Shown: positions 39,401-49,091 of the stretch, piece by piece | Layout: the number at the start of each line of letters is the position of its first letter | Position numbering within the stretch: position 1 is the first letter of the stretch | NCBI GenBank assembly: GCA_949294195.1 | Contig: CASFGK010000020.1 | Coordinates: 884 to 64,883 of the forward strand | Direction: 5' to 3' | DNA length: 64,000 bases | DNA from: an uncultured Bacteroidales bacterium | GTDB taxonomy: Bacteria > Bacteroidota > Bacteroidia > Bacteroidales > UBA932 | Made by a program: the position numbers and the translations under genes | Notes under the pieces: generated by a model | The model's input: only the letters and a program-made list of their open reading frames with translations | Databases searched by the model: none | Told to the model about the DNA's origin: nothing

Positions 39401-39950
39401 CCTCGATACTGAGGTATACTCGAATACCGGCGGACAGTCATCCAAGTCTACTCCTGCAGGTGCCATCGCGAAATTTGCCGCTTCCGGCAAGAAAGTCCGC
39501 AAGAAAGACCTCGGAATGATGGCAATGAGCTATGGATATGTATATGTAGCTCAGGTAGCAATGGGAGCAAGCCCTGCACAGTACTTCAACGCCATTAAAG
39601 AGGCTGAGGCATACAACGGACCTTCACTCATCATCGCTTACGCTCCATGTATCAACCATGGTCTGAAAGCAGGTATGGGACTTAGCCAGAAAGAGGAAAA
39701 ACTCGCAGTGGAATGCGGTTACTGGCATCTTTACAGGTTCAACCCGGCTCTTGAGGAACAGGGCAAGAATCCGTTCACTCTCGACAGCAAGGAACCGGAC
39801 TGGAGCAAGTTCCAGGACTTCCTCAAAGGCGAGGTGCGTTTCGCATCCCTGTACAAAATGTTCCCTGAACATGCAGCGGAAATTCTCCAGAAGACAGAGG
39901 AATACGCCAAGATCAGGCTCAACACTTACAAGAGACTGGCTGACAAATAG
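36423..39950 (+). CDS. nifJ: Pyruvate:ferredoxin (flavodoxin) oxidoreductase
   Basis: YPITPSS, MQSEGGAAG, two CxxCxxCxxxCP, GACAGCGETPY, GGDGWAYDIG. Confidence 0.97.
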   Translation: MANEKKFITCDGNYAAAHMAYLFSEQAAIYPITPSSTMAEYVDEWAAQGKKNLFGEIVKVTEMQSEGGAAGAVHGSLQAGALTTTFTASQGLLLMIPNMYKIAGEMLPAVFHVSARALASHALSIFGDHQDVMACRQTGFAMLASASVQEALDLAAVAHLSAIKSSIPFLHYFDGFRTSHEIQKIELIDEDALRGMISTKSLARFRERALSPDSPVTRGTAQNSDVYFQAREACNQYYDAVPDVVARYMGEISELTGRNYRPFDYYGAPDAENVIIAMGSVTETIKETIDHLAAQGKKYGLVIVRLYRPFSAKYFMKALPETVKRIAVLDRTKEPGSLGEPLFLDIKALFQGKENAPLVIGGRYGLSSKDTSPAQIHAVYENLELAEPKDGFTLGIVDDVTFKSLPVKDEVSIVKPGTTECKFYGLGSDGTVGANKNTIKIIGDHTQKYCQGYFDYDSKKSGGYTCSHLRFGDSPIKAPYLVSTPDFVACHVPSYLYKYDVLKGIKQNGTFLLNSLWDVEETLKRVPDNVKAIIGKKNISFYIINATKIAAEIGLGGRTNTILQSAFFKITGIIPYEDAVTYMKKAIEKSYGKKGENVVKMNYAAVDRGGEYIKVDVPADWKDITAKFENPNKDRLAPEFVKNIADVVNAQCGDTLPVSAFVEQADGTIPAGTTAYEKRGIAVKVPEWKAENCIQCNTCAFVCPHAAIRPFLMTADEAAAAPADIKKAQGKAVFKDYTFTMQVSPADCTGCGNCADVCPAKEKALVMVSAETQDHEQANYDYLHSHVGYKENVQNKFQNVKNAQFAQPLFEFSGACAGCGETPYIKTITQLYGDHMMIANATGCSSIYGASYPASPYCTNAHGHGPSWANSLFEDSAEFGLGMKLGSDRARETVARLMEEGLACTCCSDEIKAQFTKWLENRNDAKVTREVADALVPLMEACGCDICKQLLVYKHFIPARSQWIIGGDGWAYDIGYGGLDQVLASGENVNVLVLDTEVYSNTGGQSSKSTPAGAIAKFAASGKKVRKKDLGMMAMSYGYVYVAQVAMGASPAQYFNAIKEAEAYNGPSLIIAYAPCINHGLKAGMGLSQKEEKLAVECGYWHLYRFNPALEEQGKNPFTLDSKEPDWSKFQDFLKGEVRFASLYKMFPEHAAEILQKTEEYAKIRLNTYKRLADK

Positions 39951-39970
39951 ACTGCAGTGACCATTTAAGT

Positions 39971-40011
39971 ATGAAAGATGCATGTTTCAATTGGATTCAT
40001 GCATCTTTCAT
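39971..40011 (+). terminator. Hairpin after nifJ
   Basis: ATGAAAGATGCATG...CATGCATCTTTCAT. Confidence 0.7.
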
Positions 40012-40145
40012 TATTAATTACTATAATATATCAATGATCCTATTATGCACAGAATTCTATGGCTCATACTTCTGTTCTTATCGGAGATGACGTTCCAGCA
40101 GCATGCCTCTGCTGATTCCAAGGATATCGTCATAATGGAAACGGA

Positions 40146-41288
40146 ATGTGGACAATAGTGATGTCCCAGGGGACATCCATTACCGGACAGAGCTGGGATA
40201 CCTGTACAATAGACGATCTCAAGACAAAAACAGAAAAATGGTGGGGCATGGGATATTATATATCAAATATAGCCTGCATCGGTCCGGACAGGTGGCTGGT
40301 ACTGGTTTCTGGCAATATGCCATACTCCGCCCAGGCATGGACAGTGCGGAATTCCTCTGAAAGCACCAAGGAGGCAATCTATGAATACTGGGAGCAAGGA
40401 TACAATCTGTCCTCGCTTGCATATGGCGATAACAGATATTTCATTGTCGTGTCCAAACATGAAAACGGAAATAATCCGGAACAATGGTACATAATTGACA
40501 ATGATGCACCGGCAGACCAGATAAAAGGACAGTGGGACAACAATTTGCGTATAACATGCGCCGGTGGAGGATCGGACTATTTTACCGAGCATGAAAATAC
40601 AGGGTATACGTACTCTCAAAACCGAAATTTTCTACCAGGAGACGGGGAAAAGATCATGTTGCAGAGAAGCGACGGCTACCCTTCATATATAGAGCTTGCC
40701 CCGCTTTATTTCCGTGATGAAACCGGTCAGGTCCTTTATTATTACAGCTATACGGGAATGAGCTCGCGCAGGGGATTCAACGGATTCTGTTACAGACATG
40801 ATTATGATGAAAATGGCTATCATGTCCTGAAATACTACTATTACAGCCTTAGCGGTCCTCTGCAAAATCCCGTTGCAAGACTCATCCCGTCAAACGGAGA
40901 TGAAAGTACCCTGAAAGTTTCCATGTCGGACGGAAGCATCACTAATTCATATGGTGTCGTATGGAACAAAGCCATTGATGAAGAACAGGCGTCTGAAATA
41001 AGGAAGACATCCGCGAAAATAACACAGTGGCTGGAATATTCGACAAGCGGAGGCTACATACCGCCCGCCTCATCCCAAGGCAACGGTTCGGTAAATGGAA
41101 GCAGCTCATCCGGAACCAATAAGTCACGCTGCTCTTTCTGTAAGGGGACGGGAATCTGCAAGAGCTGTAATGGCAAAGGCGGGTACTTCGACTATTACGG
41201 ATACTCCAGTGAAAAGACCTGGCGGCAATGTCCGTCATGCCATGGCTCCGGACGGTGCTTCAACTGCTACGGGAAAGGGTATCTGTAA
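40146..41288 (+). CDS. Hypothetical protein with Trp/Tyr-rich repeats and C-terminal DnaJ-type CxxCxGxG zinc-finger repeats; N-terminus possibly frameshifted
   Basis: Repeats W..GY.(I/L)S.(I/L)A. C-terminal CSFCKGTG, CKSCNGKG, CPSCHGSG, CFNCYGKG. Confidence 0.65.
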   Translation: MWTIVMSQGTSITGQSWDTCTIDDLKTKTEKWWGMGYYISNIACIGPDRWLVLVSGNMPYSAQAWTVRNSSESTKEAIYEYWEQGYNLSSLAYGDNRYFIVVSKHENGNNPEQWYIIDNDAPADQIKGQWDNNLRITCAGGGSDYFTEHENTGYTYSQNRNFLPGDGEKIMLQRSDGYPSYIELAPLYFRDETGQVLYYYSYTGMSSRRGFNGFCYRHDYDENGYHVLKYYYYSLSGPLQNPVARLIPSNGDESTLKVSMSDGSITNSYGVVWNKAIDEEQASEIRKTSAKITQWLEYSTSGGYIPPASSQGNGSVNGSSSSGTNKSRCSFCKGTGICKSCNGKGGYFDYYGYSSEKTWRQCPSCHGSGRCFNCYGKGYL

Positions 41289-41326
41289 TGTATATTCCCT
41301 TTTCCGCCACATGTCAGCTGCCGGGA

Positions 41327-43462
41327 TCAGTTCACCAGCCTCAGGCCGATACGGCTGCGTTCAAGGTCTATATTAATGACTGTTACCCTGACATGCTGGT
41401 GAAGTTTCAGCACTTTTGAGGGATCGGACAGTCCACGGACGCCCATTTGGGACACATGTATAAGTCCGTTTTGCTTGATTCCGATATCGACAAATGCCCC
41501 GAAAGCCGTGATATTTGTCACGATTCCGGGCAATTCCATTCCTTCAGACAAGTCCTCTATAGTATGAATGTCATCGGCGAAGCTGAATTCCTGAGCCTCG
41601 GAACGCGGGTCGCGTCCAGGCTTGACAAGTTCTTTCAGAATGTCGTTGATGGTAGGCAGGCCGAAGTCCCCTTCCACAAAATCCTGTGGACGTATCTTTG
41701 AACACAGTTCCTTGTTTGCAACCAGTTCAGTAGTCTTCACTCCCAGGGAGGCAGCCATCTTCTCTACGATATGGTAGCTTTCGGGATGGACGGCGGAGTT
41801 GTCCAAAGGGTTCGCGGCTCCAGGGATACGGAGAAAGCCGGCGCATTGCTCGTAGGCTTTGTCTCCGAGCCGCTTTACATTGAGGAGCTCCTTACGGGAA
41901 TGATACGGACCGTTTGCAGTCCTGTATTCCACTATGTTCTCTGCCAAGGCAGGACCGATACCGGAAACATAGCTGAGAAGGGATTTGCTGGCAGTATTCA
42001 GATTCACCCCGACACTGTTCACACAACTCTCCACAGTATTGTCCAGCTGCTCTTTCAGAAGATTCTGGTCCACGTCATGCTGATACTGCCCTACACCCAG
42101 TGATTTCGGATCTATTTTCACCAGTTCGGCCAAAGGGTCCATCAGACGGCGGCCTATGGACACTGCTCCCCTGACAGTCACATCATGGTCCGGAAACTCT
42201 TCTCTGGCTATTTCGGATGCGGAATATATCGACGCTCCGTCTTCGCTTACCATAAAGACCCTTATCTTTTCAGGCTTGGGAACACGCCTGACAAAATCCT
42301 CGGTCTCCCTTCCGGCCGTCCCGCTGCCTATCGCTATCACCTCTATCCCGTATTTTTCAATCATGTCAGACAGAGCCCTGATAGACTTTACTTTTTCACT
42401 TACAGGAGGATGAGGATATATAGTCTCATTATGAAGAAGATTCCCCTGCCCGTCCAGACACACCACTTTACATCCTGTCCTGAAACCCGGGTCTATGGCG
42501 AGAGTCCTTTTCTGTCCCACCGGAGAAGCCAGCAAAAGCTGCCGGAGATTCTCTCCGAAAATCTTCACTGATTCCATATCAGCCTTTTCTTTGGCCTGGG
42601 CTATTACTTCATTGGTTATGGACGGCTCCAGAAGACGTTTATAAGCATCGTCTATAGCTTCATGAATCTGTTCTGCAAGAGGAGCTGCAGGATATCTGCG
42701 TTCCTGACAGAAATCATAATACAGCTTTTTTCCGCACTTTTCAGGATCCGCATCGATTTTCAATGTAATAAAACCTTCTTCCTCCGCTCTGAGAATCGCC
42801 AGAAGCCTGTGAGGGGCAATTCGGGAAAGCGACTCCGAATAGTCGAAATAACCCTTGTACTTGGCTGCTTCCGGGCCTGTAGCCTTTTTCGTCGCCTTGG
42901 TGACAAGCCTTCTGGAGTTGAATATGCCGCGTAAAGTCTCCCTCACGGAAGCCGTTTCGCCAAGACGTTCCGCAATGATGTCCCGCGCTCCGGCCAGAGC
43001 ATCCTGTGGAGTAGCTACCTTGTCATTGACATATCCGGAAGCCTCCTGCAAAGGATCTGTCAGAGCAATATTGTACATCTTGTCTGCAAGCGGCTCAAGA
43101 CCTGCTTCTTTCGCAGCGGTCGCCCTTGTCCTGCGTTTGGGTCTGTATGGAAGATACAGATCCTCCAGCTCTCTGATATCGACACAGTTCTCTACTGCAC
43201 TGCGAAGCACGGGAGTAAGTTTTCCAAGTCCGTCTATTGTATCCAGAATGGTGGCCTTGCGTTTTTCCATATCGGCGAAAACCTCTGACCAGTGACGTAT
43301 TTCAGCCACGGCCACCTCGTCAAGCCCTCCTGTACGTTCTTTTCTGTAACGGCTTATGAAAGGAATCGTAGCCCCTTCTTCAAACAGTTTCGCGCAGTTC
43401 TCTACCTGCCATTCCCTGACATCCAGCCGATGTGCTATATTTTTGATATAAATCTCTTTCAT
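41327..43462 (-). CDS. tex: Tex family RNA-binding transcription accessory protein
   Basis: TIPFISRYRKERTG, IDPGFRTGCK, GASIYSAS, C-terminal S1 domain. Confidence 0.95.
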   Translation of the reverse strand: MKEIYIKNIAHRLDVREWQVENCAKLFEEGATIPFISRYRKERTGGLDEVAVAEIRHWSEVFADMEKRKATILDTIDGLGKLTPVLRSAVENCVDIRELEDLYLPYRPKRRTRATAAKEAGLEPLADKMYNIALTDPLQEASGYVNDKVATPQDALAGARDIIAERLGETASVRETLRGIFNSRRLVTKATKKATGPEAAKYKGYFDYSESLSRIAPHRLLAILRAEEEGFITLKIDADPEKCGKKLYYDFCQERRYPAAPLAEQIHEAIDDAYKRLLEPSITNEVIAQAKEKADMESVKIFGENLRQLLLASPVGQKRTLAIDPGFRTGCKVVCLDGQGNLLHNETIYPHPPVSEKVKSIRALSDMIEKYGIEVIAIGSGTAGRETEDFVRRVPKPEKIRVFMVSEDGASIYSASEIAREEFPDHDVTVRGAVSIGRRLMDPLAELVKIDPKSLGVGQYQHDVDQNLLKEQLDNTVESCVNSVGVNLNTASKSLLSYVSGIGPALAENIVEYRTANGPYHSRKELLNVKRLGDKAYEQCAGFLRIPGAANPLDNSAVHPESYHIVEKMAASLGVKTTELVANKELCSKIRPQDFVEGDFGLPTINDILKELVKPGRDPRSEAQEFSFADDIHTIEDLSEGMELPGIVTNITAFGAFVDIGIKQNGLIHVSQMGVRGLSDPSKVLKLHQHVRVTVINIDLERSRIGLRLVN

Positions 43463-43506
43463 TATCGGTTATCGGTTTTAAAAGTGCATATGTACCGGCA
43501 GCGGAA

Positions 43507-45315
43507 TCAGTCATGCGAGACTTGCTTGAGCTGCTCCCTGTATGCGGAAAAAATCTTTGATTTGGATACAAACCCGAGATACGTCCTGTATTCGTCGATG
43601 ACCGGAAGGTTCCAGGCACCGGTCTTCTCGAACTTGTTCATCACACTGTCCATTTTTTCGTTTACATAGACATATTCCGGAGAAGATTTCATGAAATTGT
43701 ATACATGAAGAGTATCATATTCCTCTTTCTTGAACATATCGCGCCTGATATCCTCCAGCGAAACATATCCCTGGAAATGGGTTTTTGAATCCAGTACAGG
43801 GAAAATGTTTCTGGAAGATGAGGCTACGACATCCACCAGATCACCCAGAGTCGCATCTATCTTTACAGGCCTGAAGTCATTTTCAATCAGATCCGACGTC
43901 TTCAGCAAAGTCAGCACGGCCTGATCGCTGTCATGTGTAAGAAGCTCTCCTTTCTTGGCTATTCGCTTGGTGTAGATTGAGTACTGTTCCACCATTCTTG
44001 TCGCTCCGAAAGATATTGTCGAGGTCAGTATAAGCGGTATCAGGAGTTCGTATCCTCCGGATATCTCGGCAATCAGGAAGATTGCCGTCATAGGAGCCTG
44101 CATCACTCCGGCCATAAGTCCGGCCATTCCGACCAGAACAAAATTCTGCTCCGGGACAGAAAACGGATTGTTTATGAATATCAGATTAATGGTTCTCGCT
44201 ACGACAAAACCTGCTATAGCCCCTACAAACAGAGTAGGACCGAACGTTCCTCCCACACCGCCTCCTGCGTTGGTAAAAGACATCGAGAATACCTTCAGCA
44301 GCAGAATAAGCAGGTAGAAAATAGGAATGGACCACGGTTTTTCAAGAAAGAAAGCAAGGATAGTCTCACCTTCAAAGGATATTTCTCCACCGTTAAGCAG
44401 GACAGACAGGGAATCATAGCCCTCCCCGAAAAGAGGCGGAAACAGAAAAATCAGCAGGCCCAGACAGGAAGCCGAAAAGAACCATCGCGAATACGGGTTT
44501 GTAATCCCCTTTATCTTGTCTTCAAGCCAAAGCGTAGTCCTGGTAAAATACACCGAAAATGCCGCACAGCACAGCCCCAGAACAATATAGAAAGGAAGGT
44601 TGTGCATTGTGAACGGAGACAGGGTACACTCGAACGGAAGCGAATCTCCGAGAAACAGATATGATATGACCGTCGCCGATACCGTGGAAAGCAGCAGCGG
44701 CAGTATTGAAGTCATGGAAATGTTGAACAGGAGAATCTCGAGTGTGAAAAGCACACCGGCAAGAGGAGCCTTGAAGATGCCGGCTACCGCACCGGCAGCA
44801 CCGCATCCCAGAAGAATGGTCATGTTCTTATAGGAGAGCCCCATCTTCCTGGCCACATTCGACCCGATTGCTGCCCCGGTATAGACTATCGGAGCCTCTG
44901 CACCTACGGATCCTCCGAATCCGATTGTCACCGAACTGGCTGCAAGCGAGGTCCACATGTTGTGTGGCTTGATCTTGGACTCGTTCTTGGATACTGCGAG
45001 AAGCACCTTGGTCACTCCGTGGCCGATATTATCCTTGACCACATAACGGACAAACAGCATGGCCAGAAACATTCCAATACCAGGGTATATGAGATACAGG
45101 AAATTGTAGTCAAAGCCGTCAAACCAGGAAGTAAGGGAATGGTGTATATACTCTATCGAAAGCTTCAGCGCGACTGACGCAAGGCCGCAGGATATGCCCA
45201 CCAGAAGAGACAGGACCAGCATCAGGTCATGTTCTGAAATCCGTTTCCTGACTTTTGTCAGGAAACGGTTCCAGAGCGTAACTCCGAATATTTTCTTGTC
45301 ATCTGTCATTGTCAT
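43507..45315 (-). CDS. ClC family chloride channel with CBS domains
   Basis: GGSVGAEAP, GGVGGTFGPTLF, C-terminal CBS pair. Confidence 0.92.
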   Translation of the reverse strand: MTMTDDKKIFGVTLWNRFLTKVRKRISEHDLMLVLSLLVGISCGLASVALKLSIEYIHHSLTSWFDGFDYNFLYLIYPGIGMFLAMLFVRYVVKDNIGHGVTKVLLAVSKNESKIKPHNMWTSLAASSVTIGFGGSVGAEAPIVYTGAAIGSNVARKMGLSYKNMTILLGCGAAGAVAGIFKAPLAGVLFTLEILLFNISMTSILPLLLSTVSATVISYLFLGDSLPFECTLSPFTMHNLPFYIVLGLCCAAFSVYFTRTTLWLEDKIKGITNPYSRWFFSASCLGLLIFLFPPLFGEGYDSLSVLLNGGEISFEGETILAFFLEKPWSIPIFYLLILLLKVFSMSFTNAGGGVGGTFGPTLFVGAIAGFVVARTINLIFINNPFSVPEQNFVLVGMAGLMAGVMQAPMTAIFLIAEISGGYELLIPLILTSTISFGATRMVEQYSIYTKRIAKKGELLTHDSDQAVLTLLKTSDLIENDFRPVKIDATLGDLVDVVASSSRNIFPVLDSKTHFQGYVSLEDIRRDMFKKEEYDTLHVYNFMKSSPEYVYVNEKMDSVMNKFEKTGAWNLPVIDEYRTYLGFVSKSKIFSAYREQLKQVSHD

Positions 45316-45332
45316 GCATGTCCGGGCAGGCC

Positions 45333-46763
45333 CTATTTGTTTTCCTTTTCTTCAGGGGCGAAGCAACTTGATCCGTCAAAGCAGTGCGTACAAATCTGGC
45401 ACTTTGGCAGGCCTATAGCCTCCACAAGGGTCTCCAATGTATTGAATTTCAAGGAAGTCATACCGAATTTGGCACGAATTGCCTCAACCAGACGACAGTA
45501 CTCCGGAGAACCTGTTTCGGCATATTTTTCGAGATTTCTGTCAGGATCCCCTTCAAATTCCCCGATGATTCGGCGTGAAATCAGTTCCAGGTCAGTCTTT
45601 GATGCAGAAAAGCCGATGAACGGGCATCCGTAGATAAGAGGAGGGCATCCGATTCTCATGTGAACTTCCTTTGCGCCGTAGTCGTAAAGGATGTCGACGT
45701 TGTCTTTCAGTTGGGTCCCTCTCACGATGGAGTCATCGCAGAAGATGATTCTCTTTCCCTCCAGCATGGCCCTGTTGGGGATCAGTTTCATCTTGGCTAC
45801 CAAAGACCGGCGCTCCTGATTGCTTGGAGTGAAGCTGCGCGGCCATGTAGGAGTGTATTTGGTTATGGCCCTGTGATACGGAACGCCTTTCCCTTCCGCA
45901 TAACCCAGAGCCTGGCCGACTCCCGAATCCGGAATGCCGCATATGCAGTCGACTTCACTGGTATCCTGTCTGCCCATCTTGTACCCGCTTATAAAACGCA
46001 CCTCTTCTACATTTCTGCCTTCGTAACCGGATGTAGGGAATCCGTAGTAAACCCACAGGAAGGAACATATCTGCATGTTCTTCTCCGGCTTCCTGAGCTG
46101 CTCGACCCTGTCCGGATACAGCCGGACTATTTCTCCCGGCCCCAGATCCCTTTCTGTCTCGAAATCAAGGTTAGGGAAACTGCATGTCTCGCTTGTAACG
46201 GCATAGGCCCCGTCCTTCTTCCCGATTACCACAGGAGTCCTTCCGAGCCTGTCCCTTGCCGCAATTATCCCGTCCTCCGTGAGAAGCAGCATCGAGCAGG
46301 AACCTTTGATGTTCCTGTAGACATTCTCTATACCTTCGGTGAACGTCTTGCCCTGTATTATGAGAAGGGCTATGAGCTCTGTCTGGTTGGTAGTGCCGGA
46401 ACTCAACTCCGCAAGATGCATGTTCCTGGACAGCATGTTCTGCTCCAGTTCCTTGATATTGTTGACTTTGGCCACGGTGACAATAGCAAATCTGCCAAGA
46501 TGGGAACTGATTACCAGAGGCTGTGCATCAGTATCACTGATTACACCTATTCCCGCATTGCCCTTGAACTTGTCCAGTTCATCTTCGAACTTGCTTCTGA
46601 AATAGGAATTCTGCAGATTGTGGATTGAACGCATGAAACCCAGTTCCGGGTCATAGGTTGCGAGACCGCCTTTTCTGGTCCCCATGTGGGAATTGTAGTC
46701 AGTACCGTAAAAAAGATCGTTTACACATTTCTGTCTGGAAATAGTTCCGAAAAAACCGCCCAT
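45333..46763 (-). CDS. purF: Amidophosphoribosyltransferase
   Basis: ARDRLGRTP, IPDSG, DDSIVRGT PRPP motif, Cys ligands near the C-terminus. Begins MGGFFG. Confidence 0.88.
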   Translation of the reverse strand: MGGFFGTISRQKCVNDLFYGTDYNSHMGTRKGGLATYDPELGFMRSIHNLQNSYFRSKFEDELDKFKGNAGIGVISDTDAQPLVISSHLGRFAIVTVAKVNNIKELEQNMLSRNMHLAELSSGTTNQTELIALLIIQGKTFTEGIENVYRNIKGSCSMLLLTEDGIIAARDRLGRTPVVIGKKDGAYAVTSETCSFPNLDFETERDLGPGEIVRLYPDRVEQLRKPEKNMQICSFLWVYYGFPTSGYEGRNVEEVRFISGYKMGRQDTSEVDCICGIPDSGVGQALGYAEGKGVPYHRAITKYTPTWPRSFTPSNQERRSLVAKMKLIPNRAMLEGKRIIFCDDSIVRGTQLKDNVDILYDYGAKEVHMRIGCPPLIYGCPFIGFSASKTDLELISRRIIGEFEGDPDRNLEKYAETGSPEYCRLVEAIRAKFGMTSLKFNTLETLVEAIGLPKCQICTHCFDGSSCFAPEEKENK

Positions 46764-46871
46764 TTTATATAGTCCTTAATATTACCGATGGGCAAAAGTA
46801 CAAAAAATTAACGACGCAGAGTCGATATAATTTAGTATCTTCGCGCAGTTTTGTTGAAAAAATATGATAAC

Positions 46872-47849
46872 ATGTTCAAGGTAGGTATTATAGGAGCAGG
46901 GCATATTGCCGGGAAAATGGCCGCCACACTTCACGGTATGGAAGGTGTGGAAGCTTATGCTGTCGCCGCCAGACAGATTGGGAGAGCTCAGGATTTCGCA
47001 TCCTCAAACGGCTTCAGTAAAGCATATGGAAGCTACGAAGAGCTTGCTGACGACCCGCAGGTAGATCTCATTTATGTGGCGACACCGCACTCTCTGCACT
47101 GTCAGCACGTAAGGATGTGTCTGGAAAAAGGCAAGCCTGTCCTCTGCGAAAAAGCGTTTATGGCAAATGCCCGTGAGGCCAGGGAGGTAATCGGCATTTC
47201 CGAGGAGAAAGGGGTTTTCCTCGCCGAGGCCATCTGGACCAGATATCTTCCTTTCAGAAATGTCATCAGTGACCTGATACGGAACGGAGCCATAGGCAGG
47301 ACAAAGCTTCTGACCGCGCACCTTGGATATCCTGTCATGGACAAGGAGCGCATTATCAGGCCTGAACTTGGCGGAGGAGCGCTTCTGGACCTGGGTGTCT
47401 ATGTCCTGAATTTCGCTCTCATGTCGTTTGGAAGCGATATCAGCAGGATTTCATCATGCTGCATTAAGGCAGAGTCCGGAGTCGACCTGCAGGACAGTAT
47501 CACACTTGAGTATCCGGACGGCCGCATGGCACAGCTTCTGGCCACGGCATGCAGCGCAAACGACAGGCAGGCGATAATCAACGGAGAGAACGGCTACATC
47601 ATACTTGACAACGTGAACAATCCTCAAAAAGCGGACATATACTCGGCAGACCACATACTGGTGGACACGCACTATGCTCCGCAGCAGATTACCGGGTTCG
47701 AATATCAGGTCCAGGCCTGCATTGACGCCATACGCGCAGGAAAAACGGAGACTGAATACATGCCGCACAGCGAAAGTCTGAAAGTAATGGAAATCATGGA
47801 CAGTCTCCGGAAGGAATGGGGAGTCGTATTCCCGAATGACAACATTTAA
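46872..47849 (+). CDS. Gfo/Idh/MocA family oxidoreductase
   Basis: GIIGAGHIA, VATPH, LCEKA, GGALLDLGVY. Confidence 0.92.
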   Translation: MFKVGIIGAGHIAGKMAATLHGMEGVEAYAVAARQIGRAQDFASSNGFSKAYGSYEELADDPQVDLIYVATPHSLHCQHVRMCLEKGKPVLCEKAFMANAREAREVIGISEEKGVFLAEAIWTRYLPFRNVISDLIRNGAIGRTKLLTAHLGYPVMDKERIIRPELGGGALLDLGVYVLNFALMSFGSDISRISSCCIKAESGVDLQDSITLEYPDGRMAQLLATACSANDRQAIINGENGYIILDNVNNPQKADIYSADHILVDTHYAPQQITGFEYQVQACIDAIRAGKTETEYMPHSESLKVMEIMDSLRKEWGVVFPNDNI

Positions 47850-47863
47850 CCAAGCAAATACTC

Positions 47864-49063
47864 ATGAAATCCATACGTGAAATATACCGCATAGGGAAAG
47901 GCCCGTCAAGCAGCCATACCATGGGACCGCACAAGGCTGCAAAATTATATCTGGCACATCATCCCCAGTCCCACAGGTTTCTTGTGACACTCTTCGGTTC
48001 GCTTGCAGCCACCGGCAAGGGACATCTGACTGATGTTGCCATAAATGAAGCGCTTTCGCAGCTCGGGCCGGTACAGATAGACTGGCAGCCGAAAATATTC
48101 CTTCCGGCCCATCCGAACGGAATGAAAATAGCCACAGTCGACGACAACGGCGAAAAGCAGGACGAGTGGACTTTCTACAGCATAGGAGGCGGGGCCATCA
48201 AATGCGAACAGCTGCCGCAGGATGAATCTGCCGACATATATCCACTCAACACTATGGACGAACTCCTGGAATGGTGCAACAAATACGGAAAAGCATACTG
48301 GGAGTATGTAAACGAAATAGAAGACGAAGGCATCTGGGACTATCTGGCTGAGGTATGGAAAGTGATGTGCGAGGCTATCGAACGCGGCATAGACAAGGAA
48401 GGCGTGCTTCCCGGTCCTATTCATCTGCGCAGAAAGGCGGCACAGTATTTCATCCGTGCCGAAGGATATAAGGACGTGCTCCGGACACGGGGAATGATCT
48501 TCGCCTACACTCTTGCAGTGAGCGAGGAAAATGCTGCCGGAGGGACAATCGTAACCGCTCCGACCTGCGGTTCCTGCGGTGTCCTGCCAGGAGTCCTATA
48601 CCATCTGAAAAAAGTATACGGTTTCAGCGAAAAGCGTATCATCCGTTCTCTTGCAACCGCGGCTCTTATCGGTAATGTGGTAAAACAGAATGCTTCAATC
48701 TCCGGAGCAGAAGTAGGCTGCCAGGGAGAAGTCGGAGTTGCATGTGCAATGACAGCCGGAGCGGCCAACCAGCTGATGGGAGGAAGCCCGTCACAGATAG
48801 AATATGCTGCGGAAATGGGTCTGGAACATCATCTCGGAATGACATGCGACCCGGTCTGCGGACTTGTCCAGATTCCATGCATAGAAAGGAATGCCTATGC
48901 TGCTGCACGGGCACTTGACGCAAACATATACGCTCTCTATACAGACGGACTTCACCGGGTTTCCTTTGACCAGGTAATCCGGGTCATGAAACAGACAGGA
49001 AAAGACCTTCCTTCACTGTATAAGGAAACAGGAGAAGGAGGTCTGGCGAAAGAACTGGACTAG
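47864..49063 (+). CDS. sdaA: L-serine ammonia-lyase, iron-sulfur dependent
   Basis: GPSSSHTMGP, VTAPTCGS, GCQGEVG, GMTCDPV..LVQIPCIERN. Confidence 0.95.
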   Translation: MKSIREIYRIGKGPSSSHTMGPHKAAKLYLAHHPQSHRFLVTLFGSLAATGKGHLTDVAINEALSQLGPVQIDWQPKIFLPAHPNGMKIATVDDNGEKQDEWTFYSIGGGAIKCEQLPQDESADIYPLNTMDELLEWCNKYGKAYWEYVNEIEDEGIWDYLAEVWKVMCEAIERGIDKEGVLPGPIHLRRKAAQYFIRAEGYKDVLRTRGMIFAYTLAVSEENAAGGTIVTAPTCGSCGVLPGVLYHLKKVYGFSEKRIIRSLATAALIGNVVKQNASISGAEVGCQGEVGVACAMTAGAANQLMGGSPSQIEYAAEMGLEHHLGMTCDPVCGLVQIPCIERNAYAAARALDANIYALYTDGLHRVSFDQVIRVMKQTGKDLPSLYKETGEGGLAKELD

Positions 49064-49091
49064 GAAATTCCTCCTTTGGGGATCATCCTCA

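Noticed and set aside
45660-46628. 322-aa plus-strand ORF
   Set aside because: Antisense shadow of purF.
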